This document shows, one piece after another, positions 46,881-57,982 of a DNA stretch of 64,000 bases. The stretch is taken from sequence record SRR31156797_4650; one strand, written 5' to 3'. The notes under the pieces were generated by a model. It made no database searches and had not been told where the DNA came from. It worked only from the letters and a program-made list of their open reading frames with translations. The position numbers and the translations under genes are program-made. The stretch's first letter is position 1, and each line of letters starts with the position of its first letter.

Positions 46881-48001
46881 GCCAAAACCTCCTGCGCCAA
46901 TTGCTCGGCGGAAACACCCATTTCCCGGTCAAAACGGGCCATGATATTCGTAGCTCGTTCCAATCGGCCAAGTATGGCCTCTTCCACGCCCGGTTCGTGG
47001 CGATATTGCTCTATCTTGTTCATGTAACGGACTTTGAGGGGAACAGGTTTCTCTCCGAACACCAATTTATCCGCAAGGAACACAACTTCTTTTTCCGTAA
47101 TCGGTTCCTCTGATGGAAGCAACAAATCGAAATGTTCCAAGGCAATATCCGCAGCAACATGAAAACCATGCGCATGCAGCCGCTCGGCTCCCACTATCTC
47201 ATGCCGCTTGGTTCCCTTGCCGATATCATGAGTCAAAGCCGCCCCCCGAACAAGTGCGACATCAAGGCCATTGCCGTTGCGCTGAAAGTTCAACCGCTTG
47301 CACAGGGCTTCGGCCACACGCGATACAGCCTGACAATGCCGGACTATATTCGAAGGAATAGAATACATTTCCCACAACTGACAGCACTCTTCATGGCTCG
47401 GATACGGGGAATCTACTAAAGATTGGGCCAACGTATAATCTGCCGGATAATCCAAATCGTGCACAGTTCCAAAATCAGCCACGTCCAAATCGCGCGCCCC
47501 GGTTTCATTTTGATCCAACACGGTCCGCAATCCTCCTGTTCCATCGTGGTTCACAATTGCAGGAATCAAATCACGGCTGATCAACGGAGGATGACCTCGT
47601 TCTCCCATAAAACGAGGATACAAAATGGAGGGAGAGGCCTGTTCAAATTCATTAATAAGACGGCCAACAGTTTCCAAACGGACCAACGGGATATCTACCG
47701 GAAGCATAAAAAACGCCGAAAAGTCATCTCCCAAGGCCTGAACGCCTGTCAGCACCGAGGAGTACATTCCCTGCTCAAAATCAGCATTATGCACCGCAAT
47801 AGCACCGGCCTGCTGTGCGGCCTCGGCCACTTCTCCGCTCCGTCTTCCCGTGACCACAATAACTTGCTCAACACCATTTTCTCGGAATACGTCAACGCAC
47901 CGAGACAACACTGTTCCGTCTCCCAACGGTAACAGGGGTTTGAAATCACCCATACGAGAAGAAAAACCAGCCGCCGGTATTATTGCGGCCAGGGCTTTCA
48001 T
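46877..48001 (-). CDS. MocA/MobA-like NTP transferase fused to an HD domain (DVU1551-like)
   Basis: AAGFSSRMGDFKPLL, PVDIP, GHPP and DLD motifs; then H...HDIGK...H...H...LADK. Confidence 0.88.
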   Translation of the reverse strand: MKALAAIIPAAGFSSRMGDFKPLLPLGDGTVLSRCVDVFRENGVEQVIVVTGRRSGEVAEAAQQAGAIAVHNADFEQGMYSSVLTGVQALGDDFSAFFMLPVDIPLVRLETVGRLINEFEQASPSILYPRFMGERGHPPLISRDLIPAIVNHDGTGGLRTVLDQNETGARDLDVADFGTVHDLDYPADYTLAQSLVDSPYPSHEECCQLWEMYSIPSNIVRHCQAVSRVAEALCKRLNFQRNGNGLDVALVRGAALTHDIGKGTKRHEIVGAERLHAHGFHVAADIALEHFDLLLPSEEPITEKEVVFLADKLVFGEKPVPLKVRYMNKIEQYRHEPGVEEAILGRLERATNIMARFDREMGVSAEQLAQEVLA

Positions 48002-48984
48002 GCGACCCCCGAACGCACCTGAATCAGTTCGCCACAAATGGAAACAGCTATCTCCTCAGGTGTCTGCGCACCGATCGTCAGTCCAATAGGACAATGACAA
48101 CGATCAATATCCTTCTGCGTGAACCCATCAGCCAGCAGGGAATCGTAAATCTTATCGCGTTTCTTCTTGCTCCCGATCATGCCCACGTATCGGGCCTTGG
48201 TCCGCAGTACTTCGGCCAACACATTACGATCGTGCAAATGCCCTCTGGTCACAATGATGACGAATGAATTTTCATCCATATTCAGACCGTCGCAGCATCC
48301 GGCAAAAGAAGGCAAAACAACCACTTCATCGGCCTCCGGAAAACGGGCTTCATTGGCAAAATCCTCCCGGTCATCAAGGACCACTGTCCTGAATCCAATC
48401 ATGGACGCCGTGCGGGCTGTAAACAGGGAGACATGTCCTGCCCCAAAAATATAAAGAGATGCTGGAGGAATAAACGGCTCAGTTAGTTCCATGCCGTTCG
48501 AATTCTTTTCAAAAACAGGCGTATCACCATCGGCTTGCTCTTTAAGGACCTGATGCTCCACAGCACAAAAATCGGTAGTCCCCTCAAATTTCGAAGCGAG
48601 AGACGACCGCACGCCACGCCGCAACAATTCGTTTACTTCAAGGTATGCCTGAGCACACGGGCCACTCGGTTCAACAACTTCAAGCAACACGCTCAGACCT
48701 CCACCGCAAATCATGTCCGAATTGGCAGCGAGTTCCTGTGTCATATCGACAAACGTCAGACTGACCCTACCATCTCCGGTGTCGATCATGGCCCGACCAT
48801 CCTTGCAGGCCTTGGCCTCCACCAGTCCACCACCCACGGTGCCGAGGATGGACCCGTCACCGCGCACAGCCATTTTTGCCCCGGACGAACGAGGTGTGGA
48901 CCCGGAGCTTTCCACCACCGTTGCCATGACAAAAGTTTCATCCTGTCCAATAAGTTCACATATGGAACGCACAAAAGCTTTCAT
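47998..48984 (-). CDS. xdhC: XdhC/CoxI Moco maturation factor
   Basis: GSTPR..GAKM, CGG, GAGHVS, GMIGSKKK and PIGL.IGAQTPEEIAVS motifs. Confidence 0.92.
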   Translation of the reverse strand: MKAFVRSICELIGQDETFVMATVVESSGSTPRSSGAKMAVRGDGSILGTVGGGLVEAKACKDGRAMIDTGDGRVSLTFVDMTQELAANSDMICGGGLSVLLEVVEPSGPCAQAYLEVNELLRRGVRSSLASKFEGTTDFCAVEHQVLKEQADGDTPVFEKNSNGMELTEPFIPPASLYIFGAGHVSLFTARTASMIGFRTVVLDDREDFANEARFPEADEVVVLPSFAGCCDGLNMDENSFVIIVTRGHLHDRNVLAEVLRTKARYVGMIGSKKKRDKIYDSLLADGFTQKDIDRCHCPIGLTIGAQTPEEIAVSICGELIQVRSGVA

Positions 48985-48987
48985 GAT

Positions 48988-50295
48988 TCAATTCTCCAGT
49001 TCTCTCAGTATGGATCGTTTTCCCAGTCCCGGAACAGCCGGGGTCCCATCATCTTTGATTATGACATCCAACGAGAGCAGTCCCTCTTCAATCCCCTGCT
49101 CAACGACCGGCATGGAGCCAAGGGCCGTGCGTATCAAATAGGGCAATGCGGTTTGATCCCCGCACGCCACAACACGCAATTGCCCATCTACACACCATGC
49201 ACCAAAATCTTCCAGCCCCGGCACTCCGTATAGAACTTCATTCAATTCCCGCAGAGTCAACCGACCTGAACCAACAGATAATCCGTCTTCCTTTCGAAAT
49301 ACCTGTGTATCAAGTCGGCGCAAAGGACTTTTACATTCACACCTGTCAGGGAGGATTCTCCCCATGTCGCCGGTCCGGTAGCGAATAAGCGGCATCCCGT
49401 AACGAAGCGGCGTGGAAACAACCATCTCGCCAAATTCTCCGTCTGACAACAACGTGCCTGTATCCGGGTCAACGATTTCCATAAATACGTCGGTTTCCCG
49501 CAGGTGCATTCCAGAATGAGGGAAGCACTCCACTGCCCCACCAAGGCCCGTCTCAATCATGCCCCAATGACGCAACACAGAACATCCAAAAATACGTTCG
49601 ACATTGTGCACCACAGCATTTGGAGCCGCATCCCAACATAAAAGAACTGACTGAATTTTACCCAAAGGCAACCCGCGCTTTTCCCATGCACTGGCAAACA
49701 TATTCACATGGGCCGATGATCCGACAATACACTGGGCATCTTCCTTAAGGCATTGATCGAGCGCAATGTTCACATCATGCATCACACCATGCGTAACGGC
49801 TCGTGCCCCGGTCCGATCAAGTGCATCGACCAAGAGACGTCCTACTCCCCCGGGTCTTTCTCCCGGCATAAGTACGAGTGCGGTCTGGCCTGACTCAACC
49901 AAATTGGTCATCCCCCAACTGAAATAATCAACTGTGGCCTCAAGGTCATCAGCCGTATGAAAAATTCGCTTGGGTTGTCCCGTAGTACCGGACGTAGTCA
50001 ACGTCACCACCCGTGCAATCTCGTCCTGTGACACGCATAAAAGTTGCTCGCCACCGCTACAAATATCTTCGGGCGTCATCATGGGCAAACGAGAATACGC
50101 CTCCGCAGACTGTATGGCCGAAGCTTCAACGCCCCCAAGATGGCGCGCATAAAACGGACTGTTGTCCTGAGCATGCACCACAATGTTACGCAATCGAGCA
50201 AGTTGCCACTGGCGAACATCACGGACAGTCGGCGGAACGGCTCCCTGCCACCCCATTCGGCGAATAAGCCATTGATCAAGCGCTGGCAGGCCCAT
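48988..50295 (-). CDS. PaaK-like AMP-dependent ligase (DVU1553-like)
   Basis: TTSGTTGQPK, WGMIE and PLIRYRTGD motifs. Confidence 0.85.
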   Translation of the reverse strand: MGLPALDQWLIRRMGWQGAVPPTVRDVRQWQLARLRNIVVHAQDNSPFYARHLGGVEASAIQSAEAYSRLPMMTPEDICSGGEQLLCVSQDEIARVVTLTTSGTTGQPKRIFHTADDLEATVDYFSWGMTNLVESGQTALVLMPGERPGGVGRLLVDALDRTGARAVTHGVMHDVNIALDQCLKEDAQCIVGSSAHVNMFASAWEKRGLPLGKIQSVLLCWDAAPNAVVHNVERIFGCSVLRHWGMIETGLGGAVECFPHSGMHLRETDVFMEIVDPDTGTLLSDGEFGEMVVSTPLRYGMPLIRYRTGDMGRILPDRCECKSPLRRLDTQVFRKEDGLSVGSGRLTLRELNEVLYGVPGLEDFGAWCVDGQLRVVACGDQTALPYLIRTALGSMPVVEQGIEEGLLSLDVIIKDDGTPAVPGLGKRSILRELEN

Positions 50296-51622
50296 GACAT
50301 TTGCCTCTGTACAAGGTTTCTCCGTCCATGGAGGTTAAATTGTAGGCACAAAATGGAATCAATCTCCCATCCGGGGAAACTTCATGGATACAACACCCTT
50401 TGAGGCGCTCCAAATCCAAAGTCCAGGCATCCTGAAACGCCATGGCGGATACCGCAAGAGTATGTGTTGCCGCACGGCTGATAAAAGCATCAAGAGCATC
50501 TGGCGCGTCAGCCATGGGCAATATCTTTTCTGGTGCTGCCCATTGACGTTTTACAAAAGCCTTGGCCTTGTCCGCTCCTTCCGAAGCTGGACGGGGCTGA
50601 CATCCGCACTTGCCTTCAGCGGAAAGCTTCTGCAACCGTCCGTCCTCTCTCACCATGTAATTGGCGTGAAAAGAGCAATGTGAATGTTCACACCCCGGCG
50701 GCATGAAATGGGTTGCCTGAAGAGCACCGTCTGTCTGTTCTTCAAGGCGGCGCATGAGTTCAGGCAAAGTGATCCGCTCTGCATCTGTCGGCGATTCTGC
50801 GTATCGCCCAAAATAACTCACAGGCTGAAAATGCACACCACGAACATGGGGTGAATTCTCGGCTGCCAGTTTAATAATGGCACCCAATGAATGATCGTTG
50901 ACCCCCGGTATGATTGTGGGGACGAGCACCACGCCGATACCAGCTTCAGCCAAGGCTCGGAGCGCGGCCAACTTAAGATCAACTAGGGGACGACCACGCA
51001 AGGCCTGATACACATCGTCACTCAACCCATCGAATTGCAAAAAGACGGAATCAAGCCCGGCTTCGGCCAACGACATCGCGTAGCCTTTTTCGCGGCCGAT
51101 GCGTAACCCATTGGTATTGAGCTGAACAAAAGGAAATCCCTTGGACTTGGCAAGCCGAATCACATCCGGCAGATCTTCACGCACCGTGGGTTCACCGCCA
51201 GAAAGTTGAATATTGCAATACCCGGATGCTTCCTTGACCCGATCAAACAAAAAGCCAAGTTCAGCATGAGTCGGATCTGGTGGTGCACTCTTGCCGGATG
51301 AAGCAAAGCAAACCGGACAGCCTAAGTCGCAACGCCACGTTACTTCAATAACCGCTGTACAAGTGTGCTGTCGGTGGGCATCACACAACCCGCAATCAAG
51401 CGGGCACCCTTTATCAACACGGGTAAAAGGCTTTTTCGGAGGAGAAGGGATCTTCACCCGAGACCAATCCGAAAACGCAGGTTCACCACGCCAGACAACA
51501 GTCCTGAATTCGCCATGTTCAGGACATATTTTTACGAGAAAAGTCTCTTCACCTACGGTTTCATGCTCTGCCGGAATAGGCTTCAAACACACAGGGCAGA
51601 CGCTTCGCGGAATACGACTCAT
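50276..51622 (-). CDS. Radical SAM protein (TrsS/DVU1554-like)
   Basis: CDLGCPVC (CxxxCxxC); SGGEPT; extra Cys clusters CPVC...CPEH, CPLDCGLC and CC...IPFCAYN; ATGA overlap. Confidence 0.88.
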   Translation of the reverse strand: MSRIPRSVCPVCLKPIPAEHETVGEETFLVKICPEHGEFRTVVWRGEPAFSDWSRVKIPSPPKKPFTRVDKGCPLDCGLCDAHRQHTCTAVIEVTWRCDLGCPVCFASSGKSAPPDPTHAELGFLFDRVKEASGYCNIQLSGGEPTVREDLPDVIRLAKSKGFPFVQLNTNGLRIGREKGYAMSLAEAGLDSVFLQFDGLSDDVYQALRGRPLVDLKLAALRALAEAGIGVVLVPTIIPGVNDHSLGAIIKLAAENSPHVRGVHFQPVSYFGRYAESPTDAERITLPELMRRLEEQTDGALQATHFMPPGCEHSHCSFHANYMVREDGRLQKLSAEGKCGCQPRPASEGADKAKAFVKRQWAAPEKILPMADAPDALDAFISRAATHTLAVSAMAFQDAWTLDLERLKGCCIHEVSPDGRLIPFCAYNLTSMDGETLYRGKCHGPASA

Positions 51623-52074
51623 GACAAGGAACGCCCTTCGGACGGGTCCAGTCCGTTGTCCACCAAAATTTCGCGTATCCGGGCATACGTCGCAGCCACC
51701 AATCCACCACAACGAGTCGTATCAGGCTGGCCGCACTGACCATCCAGAATATCCTTACATGCCGTGCCGCCATAGTGTGTCGTGGTGTCGACAAACCAAT
51801 CACGTAACTCTTCGAGCATCAATGGCAAGACATCCGCAGGTTCCTCCATGTCTTCACCTTTACCGCCATACAATCCAAGCAACACCGCTGCCCCGGTGTA
51901 GACGCCGCACACACCGGAACAATCGCCCAAGCCATTACACAGCCCGGAAGCAGCCCGAATCAAGTCAGGGTTGTCGCGGCCCATTTCATCAAGAGCCAAC
52001 ATGACCATAATCTGACTGCAACAATACCCTTTGCCGCCCAATTCCATCATCTTGAGACCTGTATCATCCAACAT
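51619..52074 (-). CDS. C-GCAxxG-C-C family redox protein (DVU1555-like)
   Basis: GYCCSQ, VCGVYTG, TAC and RCGGLV motifs. Confidence 0.85.
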   Translation of the reverse strand: MLDDTGLKMMELGGKGYCCSQIMVMLALDEMGRDNPDLIRAASGLCNGLGDCSGVCGVYTGAAVLLGLYGGKGEDMEEPADVLPLMLEELRDWFVDTTTHYGGTACKDILDGQCGQPDTTRCGGLVAATYARIREILVDNGLDPSEGRSLS

Positions 52075-52723
52075 GAGGCTCACTCCCTTTTTGCGCAATC
52101 ATCAAATAATACCCGAGATCGCCATCACATGTCCCGGTTGTTTCCCCTCCGGCGAACAATAATTTAGCCGCCAAATCCTTCAACTGTCGGGAATGATCCT
52201 CAACCAAACGCACCGTAAAGCCACACGCCTCCACCCGTTCCCGTGTGACAGCAAGCGGCACAGCGCGTCCGGCACAGGAACTCCCATCCGGCAGGCTCGG
52301 CCGCTCTGCATGCAAATCAGCAAGGACAAGATACCCTTGCGGTTGAAGTACTCGATAAAACTCTGCAAGTCCCTTCTGAGGATCAACAAACAGTGACAGC
52401 ACACACTCACAAAAAACAGCCTTAAAATTCTCATCATAAAAGGGCAGGGCATCTCCCTGCGCCTGAACAACGTTCGCTCCTCCACCACGTTTAATCTGCG
52501 CACTTGACGATTCCACACCCCAGGCATCTGCTCCGAAACGAGAGCGTAATCGTTCAACCGTAGCTCCCAGCCCACTGCCCACATCAAGTATCCGCCAACC
52601 GGGAACTACCCCGACAAGTTCAGCAGCTCGGTCCGTCAAAGAAAAACCACCGGGCCGCAAAGTCTCTCCCGCGGCAACACGCAATGACTGTTTTTCCCAA
52701 AGAGGTACACACGGTTCAGGCAC
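52064..52723 (-). CDS. Class I SAM methyltransferase (DVU1556-like)
   Basis: LRPGG, LDVGSGLG and ECVLS motifs; RBS GGAGG with GTG start. Confidence 0.85.
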   Translation of the reverse strand: MPEPCVPLWEKQSLRVAAGETLRPGGFSLTDRAAELVGVVPGWRILDVGSGLGATVERLRSRFGADAWGVESSSAQIKRGGGANVVQAQGDALPFYDENFKAVFCECVLSLFVDPQKGLAEFYRVLQPQGYLVLADLHAERPSLPDGSSCAGRAVPLAVTRERVEACGFTVRLVEDHSRQLKDLAAKLLFAGGETTGTCDGDLGYYLMIAQKGSEPHVG

Positions 52724-52725
52724 GA

Positions 52726-52941
52726 TTACTTGTCCTCCAACAAATGCTCGACCTGATTCATCTTGCCGAGCGCCAACCCTTCCGGAATAAACACAAACCC
52801 ACATGAGGGACAGGTTGGCAATTCCACATTGAACAATGAATCGAGATACTCCAACTCAACCGGAGCCAGAACCAATTCTTTGTCGCAGGCCGCACATTTC
52901 CACCCTGAAACTTCCGCTTCCGGTACTCTAATCACACTCAT
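52726..52941 (-). CDS. Small CxxC...CPxC protein (DVU1557-like)
   Basis: 71 aa; WKCAAC, CPSCG, C-terminal LLEDK; ATGA overlap. Confidence 0.8.
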   Translation of the reverse strand: MSVIRVPEAEVSGWKCAACDKELVLAPVELEYLDSLFNVELPTCPSCGFVFIPEGLALGKMNQVEHLLEDK

Positions 52942-55190
52942 GACTGCGCCCCTTTTATCTTCATCCGGTGACACCATGCGTTATGCACGAGATACCCGTT
53001 TTCAGTGGATTCATATTCAACCCAATAGGTCACAACCACCGGCCTGAATGATGTGAGGAAATGTCCGGTTTCGTTGTTCACCAACTGTTTGCCGGACTGA
53101 TCCAACTGAAGCAGAACTTTCTGGATATCGCTCTTCAAGATACGCCGCTCTTCCATGATACGTGCAGCATGATCCGTCACAGCGAACTCGATTGATTCAT
53201 ACGGTTCGGCCACATGTGTTTCATCCTGCCTCCACACATCTCGCAATAATTTTTCACGAAGGTGAACACGATTTTCACGTCGTGCAGAATAACCGGGGGA
53301 AGGACGTGCGCCGGGATCATCACGCCGTGGATACAACAGGTCATACAGGTGCATGGCCCGCTTACCGGTCTTGGCGATCATATCACGACACATAATACAG
53401 TAGGTAACAAAATCCTCATCCGCCCCCTTGGCGCGCACTTCCGCCACAGCCATACCAAGTTCCGGGTTGGCCTCGGATAACAAACCGCCGTAGCCACAAC
53501 ATTGGGCAAATTCACCATTATATTCCGGCTCGGTCATATCCACATGTAACTGGTCCAGCAAAACCCGAACATCTTCACGCAATATGGTGTCATATCGAGC
53601 AGCACACGGATCGTTAACGGCCAAGGTACATTCTTTGGATGCCACCCCTGAAGGTAACCCGACCGCTCGAAGAATGGACCAATGAGACACTATTTCAGCA
53701 TCAGGCAGTCCCTGACGCAGGGTTTTAAGACATGTGGGACAGGCCGCTATAATTCTGGGGCTGCCGAGGCTTTCCCACTTTTCCTTAAGCACGGCCATGG
53801 ATTCCTCAAACATGGCATGTCGCCCGGACCATTCAGCGGGTGCACCACAGCAATGCAGCATCAAGCCGACACTACCAAGCCGGTCACGCAGGTCTGCATA
53901 GGCTGCTTCCACACCTTCAGGATCAGATGCCGTCAACTGACAGCCGGGAAAAAACAGGTATTCGCTGGTGGACTCACCGGGCGCATGGCGATGCAACACA
54001 CATTTTTCGCCATCGGCAAAAGCCATGTCTCGCAAGGCGAACTCATGAGCGGACGGCGGCATTTTACCTCGCTCGACCATATTCTGTCGCGCGGCAAGAC
54101 AGACGTCGGCCATGGAAAAATCTTCGGGGCAAAGGACCTCACACTGACCGCACAACGTGCAGGAATTGATCATGGTGTTTGCCTGACGCGTTCCCATGAC
54201 AATGGATTCATTGTTGTAAATTTGTCGGGCGTATACCTTGGGATAATATTTGTAATGCCGCAGGTATTCACACCCTTTCACACATTCAAGGCACTCGCAC
54301 TGGATGCAGCGCTTCGCCTCATCACGCGCATTTTCTTCGGAATATCCATCTTCGCTTTCAACAGGTGGCAAGGAATCGATCTTTTCCAGACTGGTAAACA
54401 ACCTACTCTCATACGGCCCTTCCAGTTCCCGTCCCGTAACCATGGAAACGCCCTGTGTGAATCGCTCAATGGAATTGGCAGCCCGACGACCGGCAGCGGC
54501 CTGCAAGACAGCGGAGTTCTCATCGAGACGGCTGGCAAAAACACCGATTTTGGTTGTCCCCAATGTCAGGGAATCCGGTTTGCCAAGATCAGAAAGACAA
54601 TCGGAAGGCACACATGTTGAATCTATAAAAACAGCATCCCTGTCATTAACGAATGAACTCAGAACATCAGGAGTTAATGTTTCTCCGCTGTTGACGACAA
54701 CCCCCAGCTTTTCAAGACTCGCCAGTTCGTTATCCAATACGCCTTCCGGGAGTTCGGGCAGCCCTTCACCTAAAATTGCACAATGCAAGGTGACATCGAA
54801 CCCTCTACGCGCCATTTCCCATGCGCCGCACAATCCGGTCATACCGCCACCACAAATGACAACGGATTTACCGCGAGACGGCAGGGGGCGCGGCGGAGCC
54901 ACGGGCTTGGCATTCTCGGCACAGAACCGTTCAAGCAGTCCCATTTCAATAGAGCCACCGGCATCCTTGCGGACACAATCGACTTTGCACAGGCCTTCGC
55001 ACAACCGAGCCAACACACCGGGAATCGGCATGGTTTTGGCGAGCACTTGCCACGCCTTGTCCCATCGGCGTTGCGCCATCAACGAACAAAAAGTGCGTGC
55101 ATCAACGTGCAAAGGACAGGCGGCAACACATTTGGGCGCTTCCTCCTGAATACATTTGCTTTCCAATTCTCTCAGATCAGCTTGTTCCAT
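52938..55190 (-). CDS. Fe-S/flavin oxidoreductase with GltD-like N-terminus and CCG domains (DVU1558-like)
   Basis: C...ACP, GGGMTG, CIQCECLEC, CTLCGQCEVLCP, FPGC, CCG, DPC and CCGYGG motifs. Confidence 0.85.
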   Translation of the reverse strand: MEQADLRELESKCIQEEAPKCVAACPLHVDARTFCSLMAQRRWDKAWQVLAKTMPIPGVLARLCEGLCKVDCVRKDAGGSIEMGLLERFCAENAKPVAPPRPLPSRGKSVVICGGGMTGLCGAWEMARRGFDVTLHCAILGEGLPELPEGVLDNELASLEKLGVVVNSGETLTPDVLSSFVNDRDAVFIDSTCVPSDCLSDLGKPDSLTLGTTKIGVFASRLDENSAVLQAAAGRRAANSIERFTQGVSMVTGRELEGPYESRLFTSLEKIDSLPPVESEDGYSEENARDEAKRCIQCECLECVKGCEYLRHYKYYPKVYARQIYNNESIVMGTRQANTMINSCTLCGQCEVLCPEDFSMADVCLAARQNMVERGKMPPSAHEFALRDMAFADGEKCVLHRHAPGESTSEYLFFPGCQLTASDPEGVEAAYADLRDRLGSVGLMLHCCGAPAEWSGRHAMFEESMAVLKEKWESLGSPRIIAACPTCLKTLRQGLPDAEIVSHWSILRAVGLPSGVASKECTLAVNDPCAARYDTILREDVRVLLDQLHVDMTEPEYNGEFAQCCGYGGLLSEANPELGMAVAEVRAKGADEDFVTYCIMCRDMIAKTGKRAMHLYDLLYPRRDDPGARPSPGYSARRENRVHLREKLLRDVWRQDETHVAEPYESIEFAVTDHAARIMEERRILKSDIQKVLLQLDQSGKQLVNNETGHFLTSFRPVVVTYWVEYESTENGYLVHNAWCHRMKIKGAQS

Positions 55191-55214
55191 GATCGCCCTG
55201 CTCTATTTCAATTG

Positions 55215-55246
55215 AAAAAGCGGTCTATGCCGAAGCACAGACCGCT
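55215..55246 (-). terminator. Terminator-like hairpin between mop and the accessory genes
   Basis: AGCGGTCT...AGACCGCT followed by TTTTT on the minus strand. Confidence 0.7.
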
Positions 55247-55264
55247 CCTGTTACGTGTTATAAA

Positions 55265-57982
55265 TTAACCTTTGAGTCCAGCCAGGACCTTTTCAGGCAA
55301 GGCAGGCAGCGTACGGATGCGAACACCGCATGCATTATAGATACCGTTGAGAATCGCCGGGTGCGGGGAGCACAGCGGGACTTCGCCAACGCCGGATGCA
55401 CCATGCGGGCCGTCGGGACGCGGAGTCTCGACGTAGATGATCTCGATATCGTCCGGAATCTGTTTGATGTACGGGAATCCGGCACCCTTCATGGTTGAGT
55501 GCTTCTTGATGTCCTCATAATCTTCAGACAGAGCCAGACCGATACCCTGAGCAACACCACCATAAATCTGACCGTCAACGACCAAAACGTTGTTGACCTT
55601 GCCGATGTCGGCAATGAAGGTGATCTTCTCAACCGTAGTCTTACCTGTGGCAATTTCCACGGCCACTTCAGCCATGCACAAACCGTACATGTAACAGGCA
55701 AAAGGTTTACCCTGACCATTCTCATCACAATCGTTGGCCGGTGCGCTCCACTTGCCGTGCTGGACAACGTCGATGTTCTCATCAATCATTTCCTGATAGG
55801 TGCGATAAGAACCGTCAGACTTGAGCATGGCGCTCATCAACATCTCGCAGCCGACCTTGATGGAGTTACCCACAACAACCTGAGAACGAGAACCACCAGC
55901 CGGACCGCCGTTAGGGCAGTAACGGGTGTCGTTCAAGGTCAAGTGAATCTGATCGGGAGAAAGCCCCAAAGGACGCAGGGTTTCATGAGCAGTACCCAGC
56001 ACACCCATATCGGCGCCCTGTCCGTGGTCATGCCAGCAGGTCAGGACCGTCACAGTGCCGTCTTCGTTCAGACGGACATCCGCTTCAGCGGTGTCCGGGC
56101 CATCAAGACCTGAACCGTATACGCCAAGAGCGATACCAACACCGCGTTTGATTTCATCGGTGGAATTGGCGGCAACTTTCTTCTTGGCTTCCTCGTACTT
56201 GGGACGGAGGATGTCGAACATTTCAGGCAGTGAATAAACTTCAGGATCACAACCTGTTGGAGTTGTAGAACCTTCGCGGTAGATATTCTTGTAACGAAGT
56301 TCCAAAGGATCCATACCGAGTTTTTCAGCCAGCTCATCCATCAGGGTTTCAGAGGGGAACTCGGCTTCGGGTCCGCCGTAACCACGGAAAGCAGCACCCC
56401 ATGCGTGGTTGGTGCAGACAGTCCGACCTTCGCCGCGAATGTTGTCGATATTGTAACCGGCACCGATGAACTGAGCACCGCGCAGGGTCAGCAGATCACC
56501 GAACTCAGAGTACGGGCCATGGTCAACAGTCCAGTCGGTTTCCATACCGAGCAGCTTGCCGTCCTTGCTGGCAGCCATACGCACGGAGGTAAACTGAGGT
56601 GAACGCTTACCGGTGTAAGTCTGCTGCTGATACCAGTCGTAACACAAGAAAACAGGCTTGCCGGTTGCCAAACAGGCAGCACCAACAAGGGCTTCCATGG
56701 TCGGGGAGAACTTGTAGCCAAAGGTACCACCCGTGGGATTCTGAACCATGACCAGATTCTCAGGCTCAACACCGAGACCGGGAGCAATCATGTACAGGTG
56801 CAGATGCAAACCAATGGATTTGGAATGGATGCACAATTTGCCTTCGTCATCCAGATAAGCGAATCCAACATCCGGCTCGATGGGCATGTGCGGCTGACGA
56901 GTTGTGAAGTAATCACCCTCGATAACCACGTCGGCCTTATCGAAAATGGGAGCGGTCTCTTCGCCCTTGGCAACTTTCTGAGTGTAATAAACGTTGGGAG
57001 TGCCGGGATGAATTTCAATGGCGTCGTCAGCCATGGCTGCAGGAGCACTCATGTACTCGGGCAGACGTTCCAGCTCGACTTTGACCTTGGCGGCAGCGGC
57101 CTTGGCATTCTTCTCGGAGTCGGCGCAGACGATGGCAATGGCGTCACCATACTGGAAAACCTTCTCGTCGCACAGGATAGGACGATCCCAACCATCACCC
57201 TTGTTGGTGGGGAAAGTGATCAGGCCAGTAATACGGTTTTTGCCTTTGACGTCCTTATGCGTAACGACCTTTTCCACGCCGGGCATGGCTTCGGCCTCGC
57301 TCGTGTCAATGGAGATAATCTTCGCATGGGAGACTTCAGCCTGAACCAAAGCGCATTTAAGGGTTTCCTTGGGCATCTTGATGCCGAGGTCTGCACCATA
57401 GTCCAACGTACCCGTGACTTTGGCCACAGCGGTGGGACGGGGATACTTGGTGCCCCAGATACGACCGTCTTCGGGAATCTGAAATGCCAGCTCGTCCATG
57501 GTCATATCACCGCGCATGACAGCAGCGGCATCCATGACGGAATCGACCAATTGCTTGTAGCCAGTACAACGACAGGCATTACGATATTTCTGGAACCAGT
57601 CACGAATATCTTCACGGGTCGGGCTGGGATTAGCCTGCAACAGAGCATACGAGGAAACGATGAAGCCCGGGGTGCAGAAACCGCACTGTGCACCACCGTT
57701 AGCGATCCAGGACATCTGAATGGGATGCAGATTGTCGGGAGTGCCAATACCTTCGGTTGTCAGGATAGTTGCGCCGTCCTTGATTCTGCTCATTTTCATG
57801 GAGCAGGAACGAACCAACTTGCCATCAACGATGACAGAACAGCTACCGCATTGGCCGGTGCTACAACCGACCTTCACGCTAGTCAGCCCAAGGCTTTCAC
57901 GCAGGATCGACGAAAGTTTGTCGTCCTTTTCGCAAATCACCTGTTTGGGCGCATTATTAACGGTAAGATTCAGTTTAATCAT
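55265..57982 (-). CDS. mop: Molybdopterin aldehyde oxidoreductase (Mop/AOR, xanthine oxidase family)
   Basis: 905 aa; 2Fe-2S motifs GCSTGQCGSC and QCGFCTPG...CRCTGY; GGTFGYK, AFRGYG and GVGE motifs. Confidence 0.96.
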   Translation of the reverse strand: MIKLNLTVNNAPKQVICEKDDKLSSILRESLGLTSVKVGCSTGQCGSCSVIVDGKLVRSCSMKMSRIKDGATILTTEGIGTPDNLHPIQMSWIANGGAQCGFCTPGFIVSSYALLQANPSPTREDIRDWFQKYRNACRCTGYKQLVDSVMDAAAVMRGDMTMDELAFQIPEDGRIWGTKYPRPTAVAKVTGTLDYGADLGIKMPKETLKCALVQAEVSHAKIISIDTSEAEAMPGVEKVVTHKDVKGKNRITGLITFPTNKGDGWDRPILCDEKVFQYGDAIAIVCADSEKNAKAAAAKVKVELERLPEYMSAPAAMADDAIEIHPGTPNVYYTQKVAKGEETAPIFDKADVVIEGDYFTTRQPHMPIEPDVGFAYLDDEGKLCIHSKSIGLHLHLYMIAPGLGVEPENLVMVQNPTGGTFGYKFSPTMEALVGAACLATGKPVFLCYDWYQQQTYTGKRSPQFTSVRMAASKDGKLLGMETDWTVDHGPYSEFGDLLTLRGAQFIGAGYNIDNIRGEGRTVCTNHAWGAAFRGYGGPEAEFPSETLMDELAEKLGMDPLELRYKNIYREGSTTPTGCDPEVYSLPEMFDILRPKYEEAKKKVAANSTDEIKRGVGIALGVYGSGLDGPDTAEADVRLNEDGTVTVLTCWHDHGQGADMGVLGTAHETLRPLGLSPDQIHLTLNDTRYCPNGGPAGGSRSQVVVGNSIKVGCEMLMSAMLKSDGSYRTYQEMIDENIDVVQHGKWSAPANDCDENGQGKPFACYMYGLCMAEVAVEIATGKTTVEKITFIADIGKVNNVLVVDGQIYGGVAQGIGLALSEDYEDIKKHSTMKGAGFPYIKQIPDDIEIIYVETPRPDGPHGASGVGEVPLCSPHPAILNGIYNACGVRIRTLPALPEKVLAGLKG

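Noticed and set aside
50276-52941. Selenocysteine recoding in the radical SAM and Cys-redox genes
   Set aside because: The ORFs are complete with Cys. The TGA codons seen are ordinary stops, mostly in ATGA overlaps.
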